The position numbers and the translations under genes are program-made. The notes beneath the pieces are model-generated. The model saw only the letters and a program-made list of their open reading frames with translations. It made no database searches and was not told where the DNA came from. A DNA stretch of 48,719 nt, filler included, from Catajapyx aquilonaris (taxonomy: Eukaryota), in NCBI GenBank assembly GCA_000934665.2. It is 3 parts of 3 records of this genome, joined end to end, with 100 filler letters (N's around TTAATTAATTAA, not from the genome) between each part and the next. Parts side by side here need not be neighbours in the genome. Positions count along the whole stretch, not along the records: positions 16,272 to 32,442 come from JYFJ02007270.1; positions 32,543 to 48,719 come from JYFJ02007271.1; 1 more part is not named here. One strand, written 5' to 3'. Of the stretch, positions 24,241 to 37,500 are shown one piece after another. Within the stretch, counting starts at the first letter, position 1; every line of letters begins with the position of its first letter.

Positions 24241-27200
24241 TACAACTCCATTATGAACAAATGTGTAAAATCACAGCCGCTTTGGTTTCTTACATACACT
24301 CAAAAAACTGCATTACAAAAACCTATTTGTAATATTCCACACTATGATGACATTACTTCATTGTACAGACCATAATTTGTGTAAGGGTGGCATAATTTTT
24401 ACAGCAATTCCAATGACTGAGAACCAGTATTTAAATGCTTTCATACTCTTATCCAGTGCTGTTCAAGCATTCCAGGCAAGAGAGCCATGTTGCCAAATAA
24501 TTAACAGCAGCAATAATTTAATGGAGAAAGACAGCGCCTGTGAACTGACGACAAATTTTGATCGTCCCCGTACAGGTGCCCATTTACAGCAACAGAAGTT
24601 GCACCAGAATTAGGAACAAACAGATAATGAGCGAATATGCCGCAAATGACCACCAAACATCAGACAAGAAAGAGATAGCGTTACATGACTAACTGAAACA
24701 GATGATTGGGTCAAGTTCTACCTGGAACCACCAAGATGTGAGGAGGCAATGATTCTCCGGAAGCACTCCAGAGCAGAAGATATGGAACGACATCATTTAA
24801 TAAACATCACTGTCAAACTCCAGTGTCAGTCAAGTACCAACCTAACCCTTATTACATGCACCTTGTGATGACTTGGTAAATAATGAGTAATTACAGGCGT
24901 GATCATACCATAATACTGTAGTGTACCCTAGTGTAATGAAATCAATTCATGAAACACGGCCCGATCAGTCCACAACATTGTGTATCCTTACATCTTAAGG
25001 TGGGTCCCGCCGAACTCTTGCAGTGGGTGCAAAATGAGGAAGCCAAAGGATGTGAACATGGACAATCAACTGATAATCCCAATATCAATGAGGTAGAGAG
25101 ACATATTTGGAGCCATATTTGATGAAAGAAGAAAAAGTAGAAAGTAGGCCTATATGAACTGACTATACCATATTAAGCCGGGAGCCCATCAAGTAGGCAT
25201 ACTATGGACAAATAGCAACATACCAGTACAACAAGAGTTCCACCCTTCATGTGTATTCAGTGGGGTCTAACAGTAAGTGACACAGGATCTTCCTTTTATT
25301 TTCTGCATTTGGCATCTTGTGTTGTCTGGATAAACCACTGGGATAAACAAAACAATGATAAACAATCATTCCCTATCATTGGCCCTGTGTAGGGAACCAT
25401 GCAAATAGTTCCAAACATTCTTCACTTGGGCATTTTTTATTTTTTTTTACAGACATTTACATTCTTCTCATAGGGCACCATGGTCATTTGACTGCGTATA
25501 CGCCCTAGGGGCAGCCCTAATGGAACAACCACTCACATCAATCAGAATGATACGGAAATTCATCGCAGATAATTCTGATATAAGACCAAAGGGTAACAGG
25601 CATCGCGAAAACCTTGGTTGAAGGGGTCACTCGTTCAAGATTAGAAGAAGTGGACAAGACCTGTACAAACTAACATCTTTTGGGGTAAGTTGCATTCACA
25701 CATTGCTACGCTAGTTACTACATACAGTAGTTCTAGCTGAAAAAGTTACTCGGAAAAGGCGGTACATATGTAATAGTACCCAGTAGGACATTAATGACAA
25801 CTGCAGCATTCCGGAGGTTGCCACAGCAGCATGTTGCCGGGGACAATCTATTGAGTTATGTTACATAAACAGTTGTTTTGTGCCAATGGAACGGTGCAGA
25901 CGTGTTTCTGAGGCGGGCGTTCCCTTCCCCTGCTCAGAGTCTACTACAACACCAATAATAATACATTAGGCCTACATTACATTCATGGTTAAGTAATATA
26001 TTTCCCATGCTTTACGTAGCGTACTTCTAGACCAAAAGTATCACTACCCACCAGAAGCATGAAGACGCCGAACACCAACAATATGTGCAGGAAGTGCTGC
26101 GGTCCACAAAAAAACCATTATCTAACCAGACTAACCAGACGAACCATATTTAAGTATTACATATGAAAGTGTTAAATACCAAACTCAATGCATACCACAC
26201 TAACTTGCTGCAATGCTTTATCATATCAGATGTGATTATAAGATTGGCTACTGTTTTCATCACAGGAGTAAAAGCAATCATAAATACAGTGAAGTCGATC
26301 TGCACTTCAAATGCAATTGCGGCATACACACGCGGTCTCCTTTGTTTCAGTACATGCCACCTTGCCATCTCTACACTGTGTTAGAAAATACCCCAGTAAA
26401 GTGGTGGGCAATGTGTTGTAATAAATTCACGATAAACCAGCTTCACAGTCACCACCCACACCAGAGAGACCTCTCAAAGTATCATGAAAATGCAGTGGTA
26501 CTTCAACCCCAGTGCGCAATGTCCAGATTCCGCCCACCATATGATCATCGTTGTACAAAATTATGCAACGGAAAATGTCGAATTTGTCTCCAAAGCTGTA
26601 CCTAACATATGACAATGTGCTGTAATACATTCATGATAAACTTGGCTTCACAGTCACCACCTACACCAGATGCCTGTCAACATATCATAAAATGACAAAG
26701 TCGCACCGCAGCCCAATATTATGCTAATGTGATGTTTCTAATATACTCTGATGGTTGAAGCAGAACCATCAATTCCAGAAACCCAAAAATAAAACCCAAA
26801 ACTTCCTTGGACAACAAGTTAAAACCCAGCATCAAGATCCCCTGAGGCTGACGCAATATCAAAAAGAACATGGCAAAATATTCCCGTAAGGACTGCAGGA
26901 AGGTAAATCCCAGTCACTAGCTCACATGTTAATACGCTAGTAATGATTTATAGGCCCTAACCCTAACCACTACACTACGACGCCGTTCATAATACACTAA
27001 TAATTGTCCTATAGGGGATAAGAATAGGGTTGAATGTGCCTTCGATCAGGAAAACAACCTCGATCATATTTTTAGGCTTCAATGGGGTGCAGCCATTGCC
27101 AGCATGTACAATTTAAAAATACTTTCATCTAGCCAATGACGACCCAAGACATACCAATTGATCACCCAACCTCAAAGTTTGTAGTTGGTTAATTGAAAGC

Positions 27201-27919
27201 CAGTTGCTTGTAGAAATCGTAATTTTTCATGTGTATTGCTAATCCATCATATCTCGTGCCAGACACATTACTTGCAGAAGGGGTTTGAGGAACTACCAGA
27301 AGTACACTACTCGCTATAGCTGGGAAAATATTGCATTGTTCTTATGCAGTGAATTACCTGAAAGGGCTATTAGTATGGAGCTACCAATAGCTGTAGTTAC
27401 ACATCTCATGTGCACAATACGGAGTCCTCAGAAGGACTAGTACCTACTCGCATGCCATATGCCGACATACAGTTAAACTATTTTCTATAACAATGCACAC
27501 TTGTTCATTACCAGTGTTATGCCTCCTTGCACCTCCATGGTTAGTAAAGTATGACGAGATCCGACGTTACCTGTACCAACTGGCCCAATTCCAGCCACAC
27601 CAAACCTGGAAATAAGCCAAGCTGGGAATGAGGCCAGCAGACCCAAGAAGGCGGATTCGAATCCTCCTAGTTGTGGCCTCTTTTCCCCCTGCCTTCCTCC
27701 TTCTACCTGCACATGCAACACCCCCCGAACCATGACCTGCCCTTCCTCCGCCCCTAGCTGGCCACCCTCCCAGGAGTGGAAGGAGGGCAGTCTCCAGTCC
27801 CCGTTTCCCCCTCGAGCCAAAGGAGGAGAAGAAGAGACGAGGATCAGACTTGGAGAGAAGGAGACGCCATCGTTCGTTAGGAAGGAGGGAAGTTTCACAC
27901 GGACTAACTGCCATTCCGC

Positions 27920-28110
27920 TCCTCTCGCACCCGATTGGACAGATCCATTCCCAGACTGCGGATGGACCAATCAGGAACCAGTGGTGCGCAGTCTGCGTGA
28001 TCAATTTATGGCAAGGTTTACATCGGACAGCTATAGTGACGTACAAGCCTGCGATTGGTCCGCTGGTTCCGGATTCAAGCGCTGATTGGCTGCAATGCGC
28101 ATGCGTAGTG
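27920..28110. promoter_or_regulatory. Candidate Pol II promoter (CCAAT cluster plus GCGCATGCG palindrome)
   Basis: Four ATTGG/CCAAT boxes (~27934, 27967, 28054, 28085) and TGCGCATGCG at ~28096 in a GC-richer island. Confidence 0.35.
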
Positions 28111-30656
28111 AGGAGGTGACTGGAGTGTAGGCGTAACTATTGGCGGGAAATATGTACACTCTTGGGCAAATTCATCAGACTAGACTGTAATACTCCTGAA
28201 GTACCAAGGACAATAAAAGTTGCCGTGTATGCCGATACTGCAAGTAAAAAGTTGTGGCCAACGTGTTATAATATGGCAATTAATAATCAAGAATGTGTGC
28301 GAATGGGACTGAACAGATGCCACTGAATGCTTTATGATTGGGCATGATAATACAGCACACTGAATGACTAGTTGACTACAAGCTTTTCATCATAGGCGTA
28401 CTCAAAATTGCCTGTTGTACGTATACTGTACATTCTCAATAATCAAATGTTTGTCTTGCTCGTTCAGGGTTAGCGTGCTGGAAGTACGTTGGGTTAAAAT
28501 ATTGACGCCCACAACAGCCTGAGAATTTAAAAGGTCGCTCAATAATGCATTAATATTAGGCCATGAATAGTCAAGATTAGGCGGCGAGAGTAAGGCAGCA
28601 TATTTTCCCGTAAGTATTTCAGGCACAGGAGTCGTGAAAGGGATCAACAACATGCTCCCAAATGCAAATAACAGAAGTAAAAGTGTTTAAAAAATCGCAT
28701 GATGTGATGTTTTCCTGATACGGTATCGTATCTCACACCAGGAAGAGTCCACTATTCAAATGGGGGTGCACATAGATACACTTTCAGGCGACTTCAACTA
28801 CAGTGAGAGTGTCGATAGGTCCGCTTAACCAGCCGGAATCATTGTGCGGCCATGTTGGGTCCCCATTGATGGAACCAACGCCCTCACTCGTTCAATCCAC
28901 TCGTTTGACACACAAATATAATTACCAATTTTAATTCACGATTTTATACACCATTTTCAGCACATATTGGGTGTCAGTTTGTGTTTTAGAGACGGATGAG
29001 TGTGTGGATGGTCGGCCATTTTGTGTCCCCCCCGATGACGTCACGGCGTCCCGTTCCGGGCGGCCATCTTGTTTATTCCTTCCCCTTCCTCCCGATGGAA
29101 CGCTTGTCTTTTTCCTATCTCCCTCTTCCCTTCCCTTATTCCCTTCCTTCCCCTGATGCCCCCGCCGGGCTCCGCTTCTTGGCCCCACTCTGCCCCCCTG
29201 GGTCTGTCCAGGGGCGAGGGCCATCCGCTGGTGGATCGACGGATGGGGTCGGGGCATAGGTCGAGAAGGAATAAGGTGGCCTCGGGCTCCGCTTGTTTCC
29301 CCGTTCGGACTGGGGCGTCCGTCGGTCGGGTGCTGGGAACAGGGCGTTCCTTGGGGTTTGCCTCGTTGGTCTTTGCATGTTACAATGTATTTCGAGGTGG
29401 CCTTCGTTATACTCTACTCATTTCCACTCAAACAGACCCAATGTGTGGAAATTATTACAAGAAAACCTCCTTCAGGTGTGCTCAGGTTGGAGCTAAACAT
29501 AGACGAGTTGTTAGAATAAGTAGGAAGTACTGATGAGTCGCTGGGTTTGTTAATGTGCCAAAATTACAAAAAAAAGGGTGTGTAAACTGGGTCTTAATGA
29601 GAGGCGTATTATTTTATTCATCTCCTTCTCCTATTTGTTAATGTGACATTAGTTAACAGACATTTACAATATAATTCAATGACGTTGTTTCCGGTGCAAT
29701 ATGGCCAGTGCTGCTGTTGCACGTAGTTTTAAGTTGATATGAATTTAGACCTTAATCAATCAGTCAATTATTACTGTATATTATAAATATGGTTGAGGTA
29801 CAGTCATTTGAGATACAGTATGACAAATGTGGCTGGGTGATCCTTATGTTTCCACTAATGGTATACTACTTGGTATGAATTTTGTTCATTTGAATATGGC
29901 ATCATTGAGTTACTTGTGGAAAATTCATACCAGTAATGATATGGTACTATCCACAAGGCTCACCATGTAACCACATAGTCCGCCATTGAGCACACAGAAT
30001 TCAATTTATTATATCTTGTGAATAGCACCCTGCTCATTATGAGGGAGAGCAAAATTTTAACTGGCCATATGGTATAATTCTATTACTACATATGGATAAT
30101 TTTACATAGCTTTTGTGGCTGATATATTACCCTTTCCTACGCTGTGAACTGTTGGCTTTCCTAAGAGGAATGAGTTTTTTTTTGTCTCTCTGCTTGGTTT
30201 TTTTATCATTCTCAATGCGGAGCAAAAATATTACTATTACTGTACGTAGGTGTAAGATGTAAGATGTAGGTGTGGCTTGTGCAGAGTGTAGACGCAGGTT
30301 TTAGGATTTATCTCTTACCTGATGATTAATTCAGCTGGTCCTCGAATTTAATTACTGCTGCATGTAGATTGTTGGTTTTTTTTGTCGTATTCTGGTGGGT
30401 CTATCTCCTGCATATGAAAAATCTGGTACTAATGTTGCATGTCTAATATGGCCTGAAAGATCTAGACACTTAGGATTTCACTCTTCACAGGCACAATATT
30501 TATAACAAGTCTAATGAAAGATATGCTGTCGTCCTCAGCCCATTTCTCAGTTCTCAGTAGATAAAATAATGCAGAAATGGAAAGCCATTACTTTTGTTAG
30601 AAGTGATGCTCACCTTGAAAAGGTAGCTCTGCATTCTGCTGATGTTGTTAATTATG

Positions 30657-32070
30657 GAAGCACTCCTGGTATACAATGTTTTTGGTTTTTTCCTTTTGGA
30701 GCATACACGAATAGGTTGCTGGGGGTTCCTACTCGTGAACATCCAATATATGCGAAAAGCATGCATCCTCTAATTATTGTAAACCTGCAACTGTCAATGT
30801 GTGCCCTTGGTGTTTATGGACATTGTGAAACTGAGTGTAATGACGGGGAATTTGAGCCTTTTAAACGGAACAGGCAAGTCTGTGTCTGATGGAATGAGAG
30901 GAATTCTTGGCAATAGAACCTTTTCCCCTTCTCCACATCATGTGAGAACTTTGGCCTCAATCACATGTGGCATCATTCTCATGACTGCCAGTGTAGTCCC
31001 GTTACATAGTTCAGGTGAATCTAAATTGCACAGCAACATTATGGGTGCTCCTGCTTTTAGTTACAGTTTGTGCGGAGGAAGACCAGGAGGCTGTAGCGAA
31101 TTTAGGAATTCTGTGGGATAATGAACAGCTTTTGATTCATCAGGAACTGTGTCAATAGACCAGTACACATGAGAACTACCAGGGAAAGATTTCATCATCT
31201 GTGAATTAATTTCGTTTGCGGCGTTGTGGTTTTTTAGGCTCACGAGTATGGCTCGTTCACAAATCCACTTGTGATCCTGTGTGAACACTCATGTTGATTG
31301 GGATGCACTGTGTATAGACTCTCCCTAAGGCATCGTCAAACTTAACATGAGGGTGACCTTCAACATTAGTTCCTCTCTTATTTCTTGGGCACCACTTATT
31401 TTTCTTCCAAAGTGTAGTAAGATGGAAGTTGGTAGTAAAGCAATAACGTCCAGGCAACTGGATCATCCTGGCACAGGTTCAAGAAGGGAGTTAATGTGGT
31501 GTCGTGAGATGGCGTAATTGGCGGATGCGTTGAATAATATTTACGGAGATGGGACGTGCATAAGGGCATTTCCATGGGATTGTTATTGATTGTTGATATA
31601 CAATATTGTTGCCCGAGTAGTGAGACGATTCGGGAAATTTCTTAAAGTGGCGTCTGCGTTGTGTTTCAGAATGAGAGTCGCATCAGTGCAGTGGGTTCGT
31701 TGGAGTTTCATGTGAGGTTGTATTCGGGCCATGATGTCACACAGCATTTGGGTCTTCCATATAAAATAATTGGTACTTTTATGCCAACATGCTTCCTTGT
31801 TGGAATAGGTTTTTGTTGTTAGCGTATATGACTGTATTTTTTTTTTCTTCAAACTGTTGTGGCGGTAACCGACTGGCCAAATGAATGGCGTGAAGTTTAC
31901 TTAGGTGAATAGTACATTGGAGCAAATGGCGCATACCGTCTTTTTTTGTCAGGGCTGGAGCGCATGTTTCAAGCCTGTTACTGGTAACTCGATATACACC
32001 ATGTAATATATTTTTGATTTCTGTTAACTGGTATGGAAATATAGGGTACTTTGTGCTGTAGTAATGATAC
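30657..32070 (-). mobile_element. Degenerate Helitron RepHel remnant (PIF1-like helicase clearest at 30657-31290)
   Basis: WICERAIL...[54 protein letters not shown]...LPRIPLIPSDTDLPVPFKRLKFPV...KTKNIVYQE, typical of Helitron helicases; multiple stops; upstream part only weakly recognisable. Confidence 0.85.
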
Positions 32071-32085
32071 AAGTCAGTAGAGAGT

Positions 32086-32346
32086 TGTAACGGTTAAGGC
32101 ACCGTCGTCGCCCAGGCTACTCAAATGAGACTCCGTCGGTTCGAATCACACAGGTGTTTATTAGGTGTTGACCCAAAAGGGCCTGGAATACAAGTATCTC
32201 GTGGTAAGGCAAACAGTGTGTGTGGGGTGAGAGGGGAACAAAGTCAGGAGCGGAGGGCTCCTTCGGGTGGCCCCACCCCCCAGGGGGGAAATAACTGGGT
32301 CAGCCCAGCCCCCTGGTGAGTGGGACGTCACACATTCCCCCCTTTA
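32086..32346 (-). mobile_element. 3' LTR (32086-32332, ~247 bp) with polypurine tract of an LTR retrotransposon; internal part lost in the gap
   Basis: Minus strand: AAAGGGGGGAATG then TGTGAC...AATAAA...GTTACA (TG..CA ends with a short inverted repeat). Confidence 0.7.
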
Positions 32347-32442
32347 AAAAAATAAGCGACATAGATGAGAAAAAAAACACATCACACTTGACCTTTCAAC
32401 ATACAACGGCCGTCCTTCCGCACACATTGGGGAGGGGAATGA

Positions 32443-32542
32443 NNNNNNNNNNNNNNNNNNNNNNNNNNNNNNNNNNNNNNNNNNNNTTAATTAATTAANN
32501 NNNNNNNNNNNNNNNNNNNNNNNNNNNNNNNNNNNNNNNNNN
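32443..32542. other. Artificial contig spacer N44-TTAATTAATTAA-N44
   Basis: Same as 16172-16271. Confidence 0.95.
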
Positions 32543-32639
32543 GGACATGTGAATTCATGGTATTCCTATGGAGGAACTTCATATGGCAATATTGGCAAGA
32601 ATATGGTTTTTCTCCTGAATGTATTGTCAAATGCACCTT

Positions 32640-32997
32640 GGGGAGGTGTGGTGGCCGTGATGGTAACGTCTCGGCTTGCTGTGTGAAAGGCCCCAGGTTC
32701 GATCCCCGCCTGGGGAACTTTCCTTTCACCTGCGTCAGGAGGGTCTCTGACCTGCACCAAGGAGGTGTCTGGCAACCTAACCTCCTGGGGAACAGCACAT
32801 GACCCCTTTACAGATCTTGCACTTGCACCTAGGTTCCCTCCCCAAAAATCCCTACCCCTACCCTACATCCTTGTCTCCTTGCACCGGTGTATGAAGTTAA
32901 TTCAGAAAATGGAGTGAAATGGTGGTATTCCACCCCCCTAAAAAGGCTCAGCCTTATCACGGGGTAACGTAAAATAAAAATAAAAAAATAAAAAAAA
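32640..32997 (+). mobile_element. tRNA-derived SINE, family B, inserted in a zinc-finger exon
   Basis: Perfect 18-bp TSD TATTGTCAAATGCACCTT (32622-32639, 32998-33015); A box TGGCCGTGATGG, B box GGTTCGATCCC; A-rich tail. Confidence 0.92.
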
Positions 32998-35805
32998 TAT
33001 TGTCAAATGCACCTTCAAGTTAAATTTTTTTTTCTGAAACGTTGATGGCACACATGACAACTGAATGGTTTCTCACCTGTGTGGACCATTTTGTGACTCT
33101 TCAGATGATGAGATTGGCTGAAAGCCATATCACATACCTCACACTGATAAGGTTTTAAGCCAAGATGAACAGCATCCACATGAACAGATTGATGGCCTTT
33201 AGTGGTGAAGCTGGCACCACACAATTCGCAGCAAAATTTTGATTTGCTCCCTCCTGGATGGACCTTACCATGCGCAGAATTGCCCAACTTCTGAGATATA
33301 TCTCTTACTGCCCCTTTCTCCACTTGATTCTTCCTTTTTTGTCTAGTATTGGTCACATCATTCTCACTTGACTGCATGAGATTCTTTGGATGAGCATGTT
33401 TTCCAGGTGTCTCTCCCTCTGGGACAAAAGTGCTGCAATGTTCTGGCTGAGATTCCTCCAGCATGTCCTGCTGTTCTTCAACTACCACTGCATGAGACTT
33501 GACACACTCTTCCAGTGAAGATGGAAGGTTGAAAGTCTTGTTGCAGATGCCACATTGAAAAAGGTCTTTCAAGGGTGTCTGGGCCACTGAGTGTGAATTC
33601 CTCTAAAAGAAAAGTATATCATTATTTTCTAGAACCCGAATATTTACTTTGCACAGGAATTGTAAAAATATCCCCGTCACATAATGGTCTATACTGTGTG
33701 TTTCTAATTATTAAGTACACTGTATATTCATATTGTCAAAATGTGTTGTATGCTCCTGAATCAAGTTGGCCCTGCATGAAACTGTCCAATATATACTACC
33801 TTAGGTTGCCCTCTTTCCTCTTTTTGCATGGAAGACATGCTGTTGCTTTGTGTGTTTCTTGGCACACTCATTCACTGTGCTTTGTGACAGACTGAGACAA
33901 CACTCTACCTGACGCTTATTCATGACATGTATGATCCCAGTGGTTACCCAGACAATTGCCATTGTCTCCTCTCAAAGACACATGCTGGGAATTTTTACGT
34001 TTATATCTGTAGGAATAACTTTATTTTATCAATTAATCACACTTTTAACAATACATGAAGAAACATCAAAGAAACATTTGCCACGAAAGCATATCATGCA
34101 TATTATGGTGCAAATGTTGGTGAACAGGCTAAATCATGGTCCCCACATCCAGTGTATTAAACTTGCGTCGAATGACTCCAAAAGTGGTCAGAAGGTAAGA
34201 AAAAGCCTTCACATTGTGGCGGCCCTATAATTTGGAGGGAACCCAGAAATCCCAGTTATGACTGCTACTATTTGCTACTATATAAGCTTATGTTGCATTA
34301 CTGGGAAACGTGCCTGTTGTCAGTTGAAGCTTCTAATGTGAATGCAAGCAATGCCTGTGTCCAGCATGAAACATACACCTGACCTTTTATCTCAGAGCCT
34401 GAAAAAGACCCAATGAATATCAAAACAATAAGTGGCACCTCCTTTGAATCATCTTGCCTAAAATTTTGCCTTACAAGCCGCCGGAAACTGGAAAGCAAAG
34501 CAGCAAACAAATGTGTCATGCAAGGGCACTTCTGTCAGTAATCCGATCCCAGGCAGCCAATGAGTAAGATTGTAATGTATTACAGGACAATTCCTTGGGT
34601 CTCCTTTGTCAGAGTCCAAAATCAGTGGCCAGATAAGTATTTGGACCATATGCAAAAAATTTGGGCACAAGCATTATTCACCTTTGGCAAATATGTCACT
34701 TGAGCAAGACCTAGTGGGTCAACCTTAGTGTGAAAGAACTGTGTGGGATGTTGGACATGGCTGAATCGTTGCAGTGTCTGGCACTGGCTCTATCATGATG
34801 CTGGACATATATTGTCATACAGTAATCTCACACACTATTGCAGCTTTTAAAAAAACAGTTCTTATCTGCCATATCACACTATAATCCACAGTCTGCCATT
34901 CCCTGACTTCCAAGATATGAAAGAAACTTCCAATGGAAGTGTTATTGATGCTAAGCATAATGGCAAGAAGTTGAATTCTCTCAGTTTCTGCATTTCATTA
35001 TTCTTCCCTTCATGGTAGGTACTGGATATGATATGTATCATTCAAATAATAAAAAAACTAAACAGGTTTTCTCTCAGTTGTTTGTGAATGTAAATAAATT
35101 ACTTTATAGGCTCGCAGGAGACACTCTACATCTACTCACATCGTCGTTATAAGGGCCAACCAATTCCTCTTCTTCAGCTTTGAAACTGTCCGCATTATCA
35201 GCCTCAGTCCAAGAGCAATTTTCAGTTGCAGAGGAAGTAATATCAGCCTCGCTTCCTTAATTTCTTTGCATCCATAATTCAGTCATCTCCTGCCTCCAGT
35301 CCTGAGCAAAAGAAAATTACGTCACATCAATGACAACTAGCACCATCCCTGTGTCTTGCATCATATGGCAAATTTCAGAACATTTAATATTGGTTTAAAA
35401 TCTCAACAGCATTAATTTCTTCTTGCTTCTATCGTCATACTTTCATGTTTGGAAGTTATTTACATGCCCCTCTGAAAATCACATGTGCAAGCTTTCCAAC
35501 AGCATATGATTCCATGATAAACATGAAACTTTGGGTCCACACGGGCTTGCTATAAATCAAAATTCATACATATAAGTGAAAATCTAGGTTACCTCTACTT
35601 TGACAGTTCTGTCAACTGCTGCCTGAACAAGGCCAGGCATATCAGATCTTGGAGCCATTTGTTGTGGATGCTGCTCTGGCTCATAAGCTTCAATAGTAGT
35701 ACCCAGGCCTCTCTCAGGATGTGCTTCTGCAAAAAATATACACATTTTGTATATACGAGGGGCATTAGGAAAGTCTTTACATGTTGTTTTTTTCTGCCAC
35801 AATTA

Positions 35806-36277
35806 CAGGGTCCATGTAGGTCAGCAGATGGGCACACATTATCGATAGAACCCTCCTGCACTGGGATCACTGGTATGTCAACCTCTCCAGACCCCGCCAG
35901 GAACAATTTTTGGACGTGCGACGCACCCACACCTGCACAACTGCTCATAGTTAACAACTGTCAAGAACGTCCTGAAAATTGTGTCGGCGAAGGTTTTTTT
36001 CATGGATCAGGATTTCCGTGCTTCCACACCCACTATATATACTCCCCTGGACTGGCTTCCAGTGACATTCACCTGTGCGGATCCATGAAAAAACCTCTTT
36101 GCTGATGCCATCTCATGGACATTGTGGAACAGGAAAGCAGTTGTCCGGGAGTGGGTGTGCTGCATTTCCAAAAAGGGGTTCTGGAGGGCCTGGAGATGCT
36201 GCCCCACCCGTGGTGCCAGTTCATTCTGCTCCGGGAGGGAATGATAATGACCCATCTGCCGACATGCATGGGCCCTG
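35806..36277. mobile_element. Old foldback MITE (TA|CAGGG...CCCTG|TA) in intron 1 of ZF copy 1
   Basis: Arms align inward as far as AGGTTTTTTTCATGGATC / GATCCATGAAAAAACCT; absent from the copy 2 intron. Confidence 0.7.
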
Positions 36278-37253
36278 TACTTGCCGCAAACAGCCCTCCA
36301 TTCCGCCTGCCTTAGTTCCCTCCAGCATGTCTTGTACCCAACCTGCATCATCAGTCCTCCTCTTCCCTTCCTCTTCCCTCAGGATCAACACTTCTATCCT
36401 GGCCATCCTCCTGTCCACCTCGTCTGCAATGGTCCTCTCAATCCTGTCAGTCTGAGCAAGGCTTCGTTCTAGGAGAGACACAATGTCAAGCAGTGGTTGG
36501 GTGGCCATGTCTCCTCACCAGTTATAGTTGGTCGGGGGAATGGTGCGGCCTCTGCAGAAACGGAGGATGGGCGTTAAAAAGACTAGGAGAAGAGATGAAG
36601 TCGGAACAAACCTTAGTCGTTGGAACAGGAGGATCAAGTCTGATGGACTTCAGGCTCTTCAGCTTGTCCTGCTTGTGAGAAACGCGAATTTTCGAACGAG
36701 TGATACACCGCAGATCTGGCAGCACCGTCGAACATTCCAAGTAACGAATTCCCCTGGAAACCATTCCAAACAATCAGAATCACTGTTTCAGACAAGGGAA
36801 TAACTGGAGGGAAAAGGAGTTCAGGTCTCACTGGGCCAGGGAAACCTTTCCTGTAATGAAAAATTTTAAATACATGTTGGATTGTAAAATTTAATGTTGT
36901 TATTATTAATATTATTTACTTGACCCTTTTCACCCTGTGAATAATTGAACCTGCTGACAATAACACCACAGGTAACAGAGGGGACTGACTGTGTAATGTT
37001 CGCTAATGCACAACCAATTTCCTAGTTATCACCAGTTCTATTATGTGACCAGATTTGGCACTACTTACTCAATTCATTCCAAATCTTTATTTTCCCCCCA
37101 TCACAAGAGGAAATGCTAAGAACAGTAGTTTTGCACATGTAGTCACAAAGCTTTGTTTATTAGAAAAATATCTATGCTCTGAGAATATGCTAGATGTGCT
37201 TTTTTTTCTTAGTTTTGTCAACGCTTTTGGTATAATTTAGATTAGGCCTATTC

Positions 37254-37500
37254 GAGAGGGCGGAGTGGTGGTGCGGTAACGTATGTTAAGGTCCCAGGTT
37301 GTTCCCCCCTTCATCTCATGCAGAGTTCTTGGGTTGTCTCTGGCTTCCTCTCGGGTGGAAATTTCCGCTAGACTAATCCACCCGGGGGAGTTCACAATAT
37401 GACCAATAAACGACATTGCACTTGTACTTTGCACATCCCCTCCTACTTACCCTTGGAACAATTAAATATATACATTATATATGGTTCCAAAAATTGGTGG
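37254..37500 (+). mobile_element. Truncated tRNA-derived SINE, family A
   Basis: GGCGGAGTGGTGGTGCGGTAACG head and family body; 3' tail missing. Confidence 0.75.

Larger units (their letters stand above)
32543..36508 (-). pseudogene. C2H2 zinc-finger gene copy 1 (pseudogene); exons 36508-36343, 35726-35593, 35301-35140, 33602-<32543
   Basis: Exon sizes 166/134/162 identical to copy 2; premature TAA at 35259-35257; A9 frameshift at ~33025-33033; SINE inserted in finger 3; fingers with LKPY and TGEKPF linkers. Confidence 0.85.

Noticed and set aside
28931..29533. Cluster of overlapping ORFs in a GC-rich block
   Set aside because: Low-complexity purine/pyrimidine-skewed sequence without motifs; probably an unclassified repeat
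32138..32148. B-box-like GGTTCGAATC as a tRNA or SINE
   Set aside because: Lies inside the LTR with no A box or cloverleaf
32640..32712. tRNA gene (also the similar heads at 579, 5854, 10181, 22779 and 41565)
   Set aside because: A and B boxes run into a shared non-tRNA body, tail and TSD; these are SINE heads
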